Positions 42,086 through 51,698 of a stretch of DNA of 55,761 bases are shown piece by piece. This stretch comes from Omnitrophica WOR_2 bacterium RIFCSPHIGHO2_02_FULL_45_21 (lineage in GTDB: Bacteria; Omnitrophota; Gorgyraeia; Gygaellales; UBA12090): assembly GCA_001805575.1 (NCBI GenBank), contig MHGN01000054.1:1-55761 (forward strand), written 5' to 3'. Positions within the stretch are counted from its first letter, which is position 1. Each line of letters starts with the position of its first letter. A program made the position numbers and the translations under genes. The notes under the pieces are model-generated. The model saw only the letters and a program-made list of their open reading frames with translations. It ran no database searches and had not been told where the DNA came from.

Positions 42086-43594
42086 TTATTGTTCTTTGGC
42101 CGAGGATTCTTTTAAGACAAAAAATCCGCGCGCCGTACGCACAAGCACATCCCCGCTAATCTCCTTAATTATATTTCTATAGGCAGCTATGCTCTCGATG
42201 CCCCTCTTATTGATTTCTAATATTACGTCGCCCTGGATAAGCCCGGCCTGATCAGCTTCGCTCTCAGGCCTCACCTCAACCACAAGCACCCCTTCCTCTT
42301 TGCTCACTCTAAAACGTTTTGCTAATTCCGGGGTGATTTCCGTAACCCGCAGTCCCCGCCAGGAATTAGACGGCTCTTCCTCTAAGACAGATTCACCCAA
42401 CTCTTCTAAATTATCCGGCCGCGCGCCGATCTCCACATCCAGGGTAATCGGCTTCTTATCCCTGATCAGCTCTAATCTTACTTTTCTCCCGGCTTCAATA
42501 TTACCCACAATTTTAAGCAGGGCATTGACATTATTAATCTCCAGGTTGTCAAATCTAAGCAGCAGGTCTCCTTCCTTAACGCCGGATTTTTGGGCGGGGC
42601 TATCCGCTAAAACCTTAGCCACCAGAACGCCTTTTTTCTCAGTGAGGCCAAAATAGTTTGCTAACTTTTCGTCTAAACCCTGCACGATAACACCCAGCCA
42701 TCCATAGACAATCTTTTTGCCTTCAATAAGCTTTGCGACAATGCGCTTAGCTGAATTAACCGGCACGGCAAAACCAATCCCCTGGTATCCGCCGCTGGTA
42801 GAAAATATAGCCACATTGATGCCTACCACTTCTCCTTTTAGATTCACTAACGGCCCGCCGGAGTTACCGGGGTTGATCGCGGCATCTGTCTGGATAAGGT
42901 CGCCGTAATCCCTCTCTCCGGAAATCATCCTGCCTAATGAGCGATGCAAGGCGCTCACCACGCCTGAGGTAACTGTCGGCTCCGGATTATGCAGCGCAAA
43001 TCCAAAAGGATTACCGATGGCTACCACCCACTGTCCAATGCTCAGGGCATCGGAATCGCCTAACTTAGCCGCGGGAAAATTATCTCCCTGAATTTTAATT
43101 ACCGCAAGGTCAGAACGCTTATCCTTTCCCTTGACCTCAGCCTTAAACTCCCTTGCATCGGATAGAGTCACGGTAATTTTATCCGCATCTCCCACTACAT
43201 GTTCATTAGTAAGAATATATCCTTGCTTATCAATGAGCACTCCCGAGCCTAAACCTGACTGCTTGTATTCCCTTTCAGGCAGTTCGCCAAAAAAATCCTC
43301 AAAGAATTTACTGAAGAACTCATCTTCAAAAGGACCGCCGCCAAAACTGTATCGCCGCATGCGCGGGGCAGCAATCTTTTCTGTACGTTCAGTGCTGATC
43401 GAGACCACTGCCGGCCCTACTACCCTGGCTACAGCCTCTACGCTATGCTCAAAACTTGTCCCGGAAATATCATAGGCGCTATCCAGCGCGCCGATGGGAT
43501 GATAAAAATCAAACCTGGCGGCAACGACCAAACCAATAATTATACCGATAGAGATACCGGTTATGATAAAAGTTATTTTTGTTCTTTTTCTCAT
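42086..43594 (-). CDS. HtrA/DegP-family periplasmic serine endoprotease with two PDZ domains
   Basis: ILTNEHVV, DLAVIK and GNSGGPL catalytic triad motifs, followed by two PDZ-like regions. Confidence 0.9.
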   Translation of the reverse strand: MRKRTKITFIITGISIGIIIGLVVAARFDFYHPIGALDSAYDISGTSFEHSVEAVARVVGPAVVSISTERTEKIAAPRMRRYSFGGGPFEDEFFSKFFEDFFGELPEREYKQSGLGSGVLIDKQGYILTNEHVVGDADKITVTLSDAREFKAEVKGKDKRSDLAVIKIQGDNFPAAKLGDSDALSIGQWVVAIGNPFGFALHNPEPTVTSGVVSALHRSLGRMISGERDYGDLIQTDAAINPGNSGGPLVNLKGEVVGINVAIFSTSGGYQGIGFAVPVNSAKRIVAKLIEGKKIVYGWLGVIVQGLDEKLANYFGLTEKKGVLVAKVLADSPAQKSGVKEGDLLLRFDNLEINNVNALLKIVGNIEAGRKVRLELIRDKKPITLDVEIGARPDNLEELGESVLEEEPSNSWRGLRVTEITPELAKRFRVSKEEGVLVVEVRPESEADQAGLIQGDVILEINKRGIESIAAYRNIIKEISGDVLVRTARGFFVLKESSAKEQ

Positions 43595-43595
43595 C

Positions 43596-44669
43596 CTAGC
43601 TGCCCTCCTTCGCCTTCGCTGGCTTCGCCGGCGAAGCCAGCGCCTGTTTACGCGCTTTCTCCTCTAATTCATTAAGCAGCTTTGCCTGCGTTTTAAGGTA
43701 TTGGATAACCTGCTCCCTGCCCTGGCCAATCTTTTCATTATTATAAGCAAACCAGCTCCCGCTTTTCTGTACAATACCCATTTCACTTGCTATATCCAGT
43801 ATACTGCCGGCTCTTGAGATACCTTCATCAAATAAGATTTCAAATTCTGCTTCGCGAAAAGGCGCGGCAACCTTGTTTTTAACCACCCGTGCCCTTACCC
43901 GGTTGCCGATAACTGTCTCCCCGGATTTAATCTGTTCTTTCCTTCTCAAATCCAGGCGGACAGAGGAATAAAATTTCAAAGCCCTTCCTCCCGGAGTGGT
44001 TTCAGGATTGCCAAACATAATCCCTATCTTTTCACGCAGCTGGTTAATAAAGATAACGCAGGTTTTGGACTTACTTATCGCCGAGGTAAGCTTTCGCAAT
44101 GCCTGAGACATAAGACGGGCCTGTAAACCCATGTGGCTGTCGCCCATTTCGCCTTCTATTTCAGCCCTGGGGGTAAGCGCGGCTACTGAGTCAATCACTA
44201 CCACATCAACGGCATTGGAACGCACGAGCGTTTCGGTAATCTCTAATGCCTGCTCTCCGGTATCCGGCTGGGAAATAAACAGTTCGTCAAGATTAAGCCC
44301 GACTTTTTTGGCATAAATTGAATCAAAGGCATGTTCGGCATCAATAAATGCGGCAACCCCGCCTGTCTTCTGCACCTGAGCTATTACGCTCAAGGTAAGC
44401 GTGGTCTTACCGGACGATTCAGGGCCAAAGATCTCAATCACTCTGCCCCGGGGCAGTCCTCCTACACCCAGAGCCAAATCCAGGGATAAAGCCCCGGTAG
44501 GAATTGCCGGAATATCTAATTTGATATCGCTGGAGAGTTTCATAATCGAGCCCTTGCCAAATTGTTTTTCAATCTGAGCCAATGCCAATTCCAGCGCTTT
44601 TTGCTTTGCGCCCTGCTCCTGCCTATTTTCTGACTTCGCTTCTATCTGCGCCTTCTTCTCTTGTGTCAT
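43596..44669 (-). CDS. recA: recombinase RecA
   Basis: GPESSGKTT Walker A, IDAEHAFD, and the VVIDSVAAL and L2 regions. Confidence 0.97.
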   Translation of the reverse strand: MTQEKKAQIEAKSENRQEQGAKQKALELALAQIEKQFGKGSIMKLSSDIKLDIPAIPTGALSLDLALGVGGLPRGRVIEIFGPESSGKTTLTLSVIAQVQKTGGVAAFIDAEHAFDSIYAKKVGLNLDELFISQPDTGEQALEITETLVRSNAVDVVVIDSVAALTPRAEIEGEMGDSHMGLQARLMSQALRKLTSAISKSKTCVIFINQLREKIGIMFGNPETTPGGRALKFYSSVRLDLRRKEQIKSGETVIGNRVRARVVKNKVAAPFREAEFEILFDEGISRAGSILDIASEMGIVQKSGSWFAYNNEKIGQGREQVIQYLKTQAKLLNELEEKARKQALASPAKPAKAKEGS

Positions 44670-44727
44670 TTTTTATCCCCCCCTTAAAATTTCCCTTAAT
44701 TATGGCCATAGAATTTAAGAAGCTTTA

Positions 44728-44756
44728 ATTATAACTCCTAAAACCCCTTCCGTCAA
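44728..44756 (-). promoter_or_regulatory. recA promoter TTGACG-17-TATAAT
   Basis: Hexamers read on the minus strand. The -35 element lies in the GTCAAGCTTGAC palindrome. Confidence 0.5.
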
Positions 44757-44758
44757 GC

Positions 44759-44787
44759 TTGACTTTCAATAAAATATGTGTTACATT
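44759..44787 (+). promoter_or_regulatory. promoter TTGACT-17-TACATT for the GGDEF gene
   Basis: The -10 element ends 9 nt before the ATG at 44797 and no SD is visible, so the mRNA may be near-leaderless. Confidence 0.4.
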
Positions 44788-44796
44788 TTAATCATT

Positions 44797-45966
44797 ATGG
44801 AAAACGATACTCTTAATCATACCCACGAAGAGCTCCAGCGGGCACGCAATGAATTAGCTCTCCTTTATGAAATTTCAAATGCCATGCATACAACCTTAAA
44901 GCCGGATGAAATCCTCTACATTATCCTTACCGCGGTAACCGCTCATGTGGGATTAGGATTTAACCGGGCCATACTTTTTCTGGTGAATGAAAAAGAGGGT
45001 ATCCTGGAAGGTAAAATGGGCATCGGTCCGGACAGCGGCGAAGAGGCAAACCGTATCTGGACCTACGTTGAGCAGGAAAAAATGAATTTAGAGGACCTGA
45101 TCAGCAATTACAAGGTATCAGGCCAGCTTTCCGGCAGCCAGCTTAATCGCCTGGTTAAAGACATCCGCCTGCCGCTTGCGGAAGAAAAAGGCGGTATTCT
45201 GACTATGACCTTACTTGACGGTATGCCGCTGCATATCAACCCTCAGGCAATGGCTGCCCAAAAGCACGATGCCCTGATTAATATTCTTAAGTCCGAGGAG
45301 TTTATCAGCGTCCCTTTAAAAGCAAAGGATAAAATTATCGGGGTCCTTCTTGCTGATAACCCCTATACCCACAAACCAATCACCAATGATGATATCCGCG
45401 TGCTGACCATGTTTGCCAACCAGGCCGGGCTGGCCATTGAGAACTCACAGTTATACGAGAAGACCCTGCTCAAAAGCCACAGCGACTCGCTCACCGGCCT
45501 CTGGAACCACGGCTACTTCCAATACCGGCTGCAGGAAGAAATAAATATTGCTAAAGAAGCCCAGCATCCGCTTTGCGTCATCATGGCGGACTTAGATAAT
45601 TTCAAAACCTATAACGACATGCTTGGGCATCGGGAGGGAGACCAGCTCCTAGTTCAAATTGCCAAGCTCTTAACCCTCTCGGCAAGAAAACAGGATTCCA
45701 TCTATCGCTACGGGGGCGAAGAGTTTGCCATATTATTGATGCAGACAACTAAATCTGAGGCATATATTATTGCCGAAAGGATACGGCTGACAGTTGAAAA
45801 ATATAATTTTCCTCATGACCAAACCATTGCCAATAAAAAACTTACCGTAAGCTTGGGGGTTGCCGTTTTTCCCGGCGATGCCGAGAGCAAAGAATTATTA
45901 CTGGAGCATGCCGATAAGGCGCTCTATGCTGCCAAACACCAGGGAAAGAATCGCATCTGCGGTTAG
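44797..45966 (+). CDS. GAF-domain diguanylate cyclase (GGDEF)
   Basis: A GAF-like N-terminal domain, then HSDSLTGLWNH, the active site RYGGEEF, and an RxxD I-site (RKQD) five residues upstream. The start may be 44776 or 44797. Confidence 0.85.
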   Translation: MENDTLNHTHEELQRARNELALLYEISNAMHTTLKPDEILYIILTAVTAHVGLGFNRAILFLVNEKEGILEGKMGIGPDSGEEANRIWTYVEQEKMNLEDLISNYKVSGQLSGSQLNRLVKDIRLPLAEEKGGILTMTLLDGMPLHINPQAMAAQKHDALINILKSEEFISVPLKAKDKIIGVLLADNPYTHKPITNDDIRVLTMFANQAGLAIENSQLYEKTLLKSHSDSLTGLWNHGYFQYRLQEEINIAKEAQHPLCVIMADLDNFKTYNDMLGHREGDQLLVQIAKLLTLSARKQDSIYRYGGEEFAILLMQTTKSEAYIIAERIRLTVEKYNFPHDQTIANKKLTVSLGVAVFPGDAESKELLLEHADKALYAAKHQGKNRICG

Positions 45967-45970
45967 TATT

Positions 45971-48900
45971 TCAGGCGGGTTCTAATACCTTCTGCCCTTG
46001 CTCGTTCTTTGCGGGAGATTCTACTTCCTGCCCTTGCTTATTTTCAGCCAATTTTACCGAGACAATCTTTGAAATTCCGGCCTTTTCCATAGTAATCCCG
46101 TACATAATGTTGGCGTTAGCAATTGTCTTCTTGTTATGCGTAATCACGATAAACTGGGATTGCGAGGTAAAATCTGCCAGCATCCGGCCAAATCTATCCA
46201 CATTGGACTCATCCAGGGCGGCATCGATTTCATCCAGGACGCAAAACGGCGACGGTTTAACCTTAAAAATAGCGAATAATAAGGCGATTGCCGCCATTGA
46301 TTTTTCTCCCCCTGAAAGCAATAAAACATTCTGTAATTTTTTTCCCGGCGGCCGGCAGACAATCTCAATCCCGCTTTCTAAGACATCCTGTTCGTCAATC
46401 AGAAACAACTGACCATCGCCACCACCGAAAAGCAGGCGGAAATAATTTTTGAATTCAACCGCAAGCTTCTCAAAGGTCTCCAGGAACATCTTCTTGGTAG
46501 TACGGTTAATCTTAAGGATTGCCTCGTGCAGGGATTCTTTTGCTCTGAGCAAATCCGCCTGCTGCTGGCTTAAGAAATCAAAGCGCTGCTTTAATTCCTC
46601 AAACTCTTCTATGGCTACCAGATTCACCTGGCCGTACGACTCAAGTTTTGTCTTTAGCAGCTCGATCTCGCAAGCTGCCTCCTCAACGGGACAATCAGCC
46701 CCGGCAGAGGAATTCCTCAAGGTGTCAGCGTCAACTTTATAAATCTGCTCTATGCGCTCATAGATACCGTTTTGCTGGAATGTCAATTCTTGCTGCTGCA
46801 TTTTTAGCCCATGAATCTTAGTCTTATTCTGATCAATACAATCCTTGCGCCCGCTAATCGCATCCTCTAAATCTTTTAGATTATTTTTTATCTGGGCTAA
46901 ACCTCCCGAGATGCCATCGGCCTCTTTTTCCAGCAGGCCTTTTTGCGCATAAGCATTATCGATTTCGGCTGCTAATGCCTTCAAAGACCCGTCTAATTCC
47001 TGGATGCGCACCGAGGAGGATGTTTCTTCCTCTTCCAACGAACTCAAGGCGCTTTTATCTTTCCGGCAAACCTCTTCCAATACCTTATACGTGCCTAAAG
47101 AACCCAAAACCTTTTCTTCACCGCCGCGGATCTCGGTCTTGACTTGAGTAATTACTAATAAGGTTTCCTCTTTAAGGTTGTTTTGAGCAGTTATTTCTTC
47201 CAAGCCGGTATCAATTGCCTCCTGATTAGCCTGCACCCTGGCTTTAAGCTCATTATGCTGCGCATTTGACTGCCTTTCATCAACATTCAATTGATTCAGC
47301 TCATCAACCGTTTCCTTAGACTCCAAACCTACGAGCTCAAGTTCTTCCTTTAACTTATCATACTGCTTGCGGATGTTGTCTTTTCGATTACAGCTGCTAT
47401 TGTATTCCAGCTCGATTTTGCGTAAGGCCTCTTCTGTCGATGAAAGCTTTGAATAAAACTCGAGCGTCAACTCTACCTTATCGCTCAGAACGTTTTTTGC
47501 CCGCATAATTTCCTGCCCTAATTTATCGATTTTATCAATTATTTCCTGAGGGTCAAGGGAAATCGGCTTTGCCGTGCCTTTGAGCTTAAACCGCGCCGGA
47601 TTAAAAATTGCGCTATCGCTTTCTACAGCGTTTTGAATATCAGTGACTTTAATAATCATACCGCTTATTTTCTCAGGCGCCAATGAATCCAGGAGTATAT
47701 ACGCATTTGAAGACTCGGTAATATTTTCATATCTAAGCTTCAGATTGCATAAAAATTCCTTCTGGGAACTAAGCGCGCTTTCTTCGTTTTCTAAGCTATT
47801 AATACGCGAAACCAGGGCCTCCTTTTCCTGAACACTCTCTTGATAAAGCGCCTTAAGCGCCTGATATTCTTTTTTATAGGCAAGCAGCTTTTGATAGGCC
47901 TCATCCTGCTGGCAGGTAGCAGAGGTAAGCTCATCCTGAATTACCGTGAGCTCTTCCCCGGTTTTCTCCTTCTCCATATCTAACCTTTTTTTGCGGGCAA
48001 GCGCCTGATTGAGCGAACTAGCCAATTCCCGCATCCGGTTATTCAGCCTTGCTTCTTCTGCCGCAAATCCCATGACCTTTTTCTTTGCTTCAGCTATATA
48101 AATTTGTCTGCCTGCGATGGTATTACTGATCTCCTCTAATTTACTCTGCGCCTTGGCGCTTAGAGATTTCTTCTGCTCTAATTCTTGAGCAAGGAGATCG
48201 AATTCAACCCTGAGAGTATTAAGCCTTGCTTCATCCTGGGATATTTTAACAGACAATTCCTCTTTTTGCTTTGCAATCGTCTCTAACCTTAGCTTGAGTT
48301 CGCCGGTGCGTTCCCGATTAAATCCGCGCTGCTGGTCATTGCGCGAAACCGTATTCTCAAGGTTACGCAGCTGGCTGCGCAGGTTATTTAAATTTTCCTC
48401 GCTTAGCGTCAATTCCTGCCGGCGGCTGCTGAGCGTATTATTGAGACGTTCGATCTCCTGCGTGTCGCTAGCCTGCCGGCTCTCTGATTGGCCAAGCTCC
48501 TGGGTTAGCTTCGCAAGCTGCTCCTGGCTGCGTTTAAGCTGACTACTTGAGACGGCGGTCTCAAGCTGCTTCAAACGCTCAAATACCTCTTTATAACGTC
48601 TGGCTTTGGCAGCCTGGCGCTCAAGTGAATTTATCTGGCGCCTGACCTCGGCAATAATATCATTGATGCGCAGCAAATTGGCTTCGGTGTCTTCAAGCTT
48701 ACGGATGGTTTCTCTTTTATGTGATTTATACTTACTGATTCCGGCTGCTTCATCAAAAACTAAGCGCCTATCTTCAGGCCGCGAGCTTAAGATAAGGTCA
48801 ATTTTACCCTGCTCAATTAAAGAGTAACTTTCAGCGCCGATTCCGGTTCCCATAAACAATTCTAAAATGTCCTTCAGGCGCACAGGGGTTTTGTTGAGCA

Positions 48901-49255
48901 GATACTCGCTTTCTCCGGAACGAAAGAGCCGCCGGGTAACGGTTACCTCATCATAGTTAATGGCAAGCCCCCTAACGGGAGCAAGCGCCTTGGTTTCGTT
49001 AGAGAAAGTTAAGGATGCCTCGGCATATCCTAAGGCAGGTATACTTTCGGTGCCGTTAAAAATCACATCCTCCATCTTTGTTCCGCGTAGTGATTTTACC
49101 GACTGCTCCCCCAGCACCCAGCGGATGGAATCCGCGATATTCGATTTCCCGCAGCCATTGGGACCGACAACAGCGGTTATGCCCGGTTCAAAATGTAAGG
49201 TGGTTTTCTCAGCAAAGGACTTGAATCCAAATAACTCTAATTTTTTAAAGTACAT
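45971..49255 (-). CDS. smc: chromosome segregation protein SMC
   Basis: The N-terminal Walker A GPNGCGKSN, long coiled coils with a hinge, and the C-terminal LSGGEK signature and VLDEIDAALD Walker B. Confidence 0.95.
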   Translation of the reverse strand: MYFKKLELFGFKSFAEKTTLHFEPGITAVVGPNGCGKSNIADSIRWVLGEQSVKSLRGTKMEDVIFNGTESIPALGYAEASLTFSNETKALAPVRGLAINYDEVTVTRRLFRSGESEYLLNKTPVRLKDILELFMGTGIGAESYSLIEQGKIDLILSSRPEDRRLVFDEAAGISKYKSHKRETIRKLEDTEANLLRINDIIAEVRRQINSLERQAAKARRYKEVFERLKQLETAVSSSQLKRSQEQLAKLTQELGQSESRQASDTQEIERLNNTLSSRRQELTLSEENLNNLRSQLRNLENTVSRNDQQRGFNRERTGELKLRLETIAKQKEELSVKISQDEARLNTLRVEFDLLAQELEQKKSLSAKAQSKLEEISNTIAGRQIYIAEAKKKVMGFAAEEARLNNRMRELASSLNQALARKKRLDMEKEKTGEELTVIQDELTSATCQQDEAYQKLLAYKKEYQALKALYQESVQEKEALVSRINSLENEESALSSQKEFLCNLKLRYENITESSNAYILLDSLAPEKISGMIIKVTDIQNAVESDSAIFNPARFKLKGTAKPISLDPQEIIDKIDKLGQEIMRAKNVLSDKVELTLEFYSKLSSTEEALRKIELEYNSSCNRKDNIRKQYDKLKEELELVGLESKETVDELNQLNVDERQSNAQHNELKARVQANQEAIDTGLEEITAQNNLKEETLLVITQVKTEIRGGEEKVLGSLGTYKVLEEVCRKDKSALSSLEEEETSSSVRIQELDGSLKALAAEIDNAYAQKGLLEKEADGISGGLAQIKNNLKDLEDAISGRKDCIDQNKTKIHGLKMQQQELTFQQNGIYERIEQIYKVDADTLRNSSAGADCPVEEAACEIELLKTKLESYGQVNLVAIEEFEELKQRFDFLSQQQADLLRAKESLHEAILKINRTTKKMFLETFEKLAVEFKNYFRLLFGGGDGQLFLIDEQDVLESGIEIVCRPPGKKLQNVLLLSGGEKSMAAIALLFAIFKVKPSPFCVLDEIDAALDESNVDRFGRMLADFTSQSQFIVITHNKKTIANANIMYGITMEKAGISKIVSVKLAENKQGQEVESPAKNEQGQKVLEPA

Positions 49256-49436
49256 TATCCGCTCCTCCTTCTCCTATATTAAGCCACTTATCAATTCTTT
49301 CACGCTTAAACCTCCACTGGCCGATAACCTTTGTGGCGGGAATCTTTTTTCTCCTCAGCCACTCATAAATCGTGCGCGGCTTCACTTTCAGGTAATACGC
49401 CAAATCATCGATAGTCATCAGGGCATCGTATTGCAT
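49245..49436 (-). CDS. small excisionase/MerR-type helix-turn-helix protein
   Basis: MTIDDLAYYLKVKPRTIYEWLRRKKIPATKVIGQWRF is a typical HTH_17/excisionase motif. It overlaps the smc start by 11 nt. The TTG start at 49472 in the track coincides with a -35-like hexamer. Confidence 0.6.
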   Translation of the reverse strand: MQYDALMTIDDLAYYLKVKPRTIYEWLRRKKIPATKVIGQWRFKRERIDKWLNIGEGGADNVL

Positions 49437-49444
49437 ATGCTCCA

Positions 49445-49472
49445 ATTTTACTTTAAAAGCTGGAAAAGTCAA
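49445..49472 (-). promoter_or_regulatory. promoter TTGACT-16-TAAAAT upstream of the HTH-smc pair
   Basis: Hexamers read on the minus strand. The ATG lies 8 nt after the -10 element. Confidence 0.4.
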
Positions 49473-49539
49473 GCAAAATCTTACATTCTTTTACATTTAG
49501 CTACAAATAGGTGCAATAATTACAGAAGTGGCCTTTAGG

Positions 49540-50826
49540 TTAGAGGCGGATTAAATTATCTACTTTTCTGCCTTTATAGGCATTGCGGGTGTCAAAGATA
49601 AGCTTTGAGCGCTGAAGAATGAGCTCGTAATCAAATCCGCTATGGTCAGTAACGAGAAGGCAGCAATCCATTTCTGCTAAGGCCCGGGCAGTGATGGGGG
49701 CGGCTTTTAGATTATAGTGGTCAAATTTAAGATAGGGGATCAGCGGGTCAGCGTAAAAAACATGGGCATTGTTTTTCTTTAACAAGTCAATTATCTCTAA
49801 GGCCGGAGACTTGCGCAGGTCCTTAATGTCTTTCTTATAGGTAACCCCTAAAACCAAAATTTTCGCTGATTTTAGCGGGATAATTTGATTAAGCCGTTCC
49901 ACGATATAGGCGGGCATCGACGAATTCAAATCCGCGGCTAACTTTATGAAACGCGACTTAAAACCGTGCAGCTTTGCCTTCCAATAAAGATATAAAGGAT
50001 CTTTTGGGATGCAGTGGCCGCCAACCCCCGGGCCGGGGTAAAACGGCATAAAGCCAAAGGGCTTGGTTCTGGCGGCGTCAATTATCTCCCAGATATCCAG
50101 ATTCATCTTATGGCACATCATGCTCAACTCGTTGACTAAGCCGATATTCACCAAGCGAAAGGTATTTTCTAAGAGCTTCACCGTTTCTGCGGCGCGGGGG
50201 CTTGAGACAACGACAACCTTTTCAATGATCTGTTCGTAAAGCAGTTTACATAAATCTGATGCCTGCTCATTGACTCCGCCAACTACCTTGGGAATCTTAT
50301 CTAAAGGAAACTTCTGATTACCCGGGTCTATTCTTTCCGGTGAGAAAACTAAGAAGAAATCTTCGCCGCATTTTAAGCCCGTTTCCTCTAAGATCGGCAA
50401 AATAACCTCATCGGTTGTGCCGGGATAGGTGGTGCTTTCTAAAATAATCAGCTGGCCTCTTCTTAAATGCTGTTTTATTTTCCTCACTGCCTGTTTGATA
50501 TAGTTTATATTCGGCTGATACTTGCGTTTTAAAGGAGTAGGCACACAGATGATTATCACATCCGCCTGCTGCAGCTTTCTGAAGTCAGCGCTGGGTGTTA
50601 AGCATCCGCACTTTACTAATTTTTTTATGTCTTCAATATCAACGTCCAGAATGTAAGGGACCGCATTCTTAACGTTACTTACCCTATCCCTGTCAGTATC
50701 AATACCGGTAACGTGAAATCCGCACTTGGCCAATTCCACCGCTAAAGGCAATCCTACATAACCCAAACCAATCACGGCAATCTCAACGCTCTTATCTTTT
50801 ATCTTTTGCTCTAATTGTATCTGCAT
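49540..50826 (-). CDS. nucleotide-sugar dehydrogenase (UDP-GlcNAc/ManNAc 6-dehydrogenase-like)
   Basis: IAVIGLGYVGLPLAVELAK Rossmann fold, the catalytic GGHCIPKDP, and about 428 aa. Confidence 0.8.
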   Translation of the reverse strand: MQIQLEQKIKDKSVEIAVIGLGYVGLPLAVELAKCGFHVTGIDTDRDRVSNVKNAVPYILDVDIEDIKKLVKCGCLTPSADFRKLQQADVIIICVPTPLKRKYQPNINYIKQAVRKIKQHLRRGQLIILESTTYPGTTDEVILPILEETGLKCGEDFFLVFSPERIDPGNQKFPLDKIPKVVGGVNEQASDLCKLLYEQIIEKVVVVSSPRAAETVKLLENTFRLVNIGLVNELSMMCHKMNLDIWEIIDAARTKPFGFMPFYPGPGVGGHCIPKDPLYLYWKAKLHGFKSRFIKLAADLNSSMPAYIVERLNQIIPLKSAKILVLGVTYKKDIKDLRKSPALEIIDLLKKNNAHVFYADPLIPYLKFDHYNLKAAPITARALAEMDCCLLVTDHSGFDYELILQRSKLIFDTRNAYKGRKVDNLIRL

Positions 50827-51698
50827 TCGATATATTCCTTAACCGCTTCCTGCCACGGCCTGAGCCGGCTTTTAAATACCCTTGCATATTTCGAATTATC
50901 TAAAACTGAAAATAGGGGCCGTTTTGCTAAAAAGTTCATTTCTGCTATAGGTATCGGCTCTATCTCAATAGCTTTAAGCCCGGCTGATTCTAAAATAAAT
51001 TTTGCATACTCATACCAGGAACAAAATCCGGAATTAGAGATATGGTATGTGCCATACAGATTATCAACCCAGACGCTACTGTCAACTGCATCAATAATCC
51101 TGGCTATTGCCTTAGCAAGGTCAACAGCGTACGTTGGGCTTGCATACTTGTCTGAGACGATTTTCAGGCCTTTATTGCCTTTGGCCCGCGCTAAAACTTT
51201 ATCCACAAAGCCCGTCTTGCCTTGCCCAAAAATCCAGGACGTCCGGATAATAATATGCCTTTTCACTAATTGCTTTACAAACTTCTCTCCCTTAAGCTTA
51301 GTCTCACCGTAAATACTTAAAGGGTAAGCGTCGTCTTCTTCGCGATAAGGCGATTTTTTCTTGCCATTAAACACATAATCTGTGCTTATGTAAATTAGTA
51401 ATGCGCCGGCGGATTTGGCGTGCTTTGCTATATTATATGTTCCTTGGGTATTTATTGCGTAGGCTATTTTACTATCCCTTTGACAGCCATCAACATCAGT
51501 GAAGGCGGCTGTATGAATTACTATGCTTGGCCTAATCCGCGCAAAGAGAGCAGCTACCCTTCTTGTATCGGTAATCTCACAACCTTTATGGGTAAGGGCG
51601 GCTATTTTATATTTTAACTTTAGCCGTTTAACCAGGGCCCTTCCTAATACACCCCTGGCGCCGGTGATCAAGATTGTCTCTTTAGCCTTTTCCACCAC
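50811..51698 (-). CDS. rfbD: dTDP-4-dehydrorhamnose reductase
   Basis: ILITGARGVLG, STDYVF and YGETK motifs, in rml synteny. Confidence 0.85.
   Translation of the reverse strand: MVEKAKETILITGARGVLGRALVKRLKLKYKIAALTHKGCEITDTRRVAALFARIRPSIVIHTAAFTDVDGCQRDSKIAYAINTQGTYNIAKHAKSAGALLIYISTDYVFNGKKKSPYREEDDAYPLSIYGETKLKGEKFVKQLVKRHIIIRTSWIFGQGKTGFVDKVLARAKGNKGLKIVSDKYASPTYAVDLAKAIARIIDAVDSSVWVDNLYGTYHISNSGFCSWYEYAKFILESAGLKAIEIEPIPIAEMNFLAKRPLFSVLDNSKYARVFKSRLRPWQEAVKEYIECRYN

Noticed and set aside
44670-44760. LexA/SOS box upstream of recA
   Set aside because: I could find no CTGT-N8-ACAG, GAAC-N4-GTTC or TTAG-N6-TACTA type palindrome. Only the GTCAAGCTTGAC palindrome is present, and I report it separately without assigning it to LexA.
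48960-49538. 192-aa plus-strand ORF
   Set aside because: It is antisense to the smc Walker A region and the HTH gene, so I treat it as a shadow ORF.
50815-51312. 165-aa plus-strand ORF
   Set aside because: It is antisense to rfbD, so I treat it as a shadow ORF.
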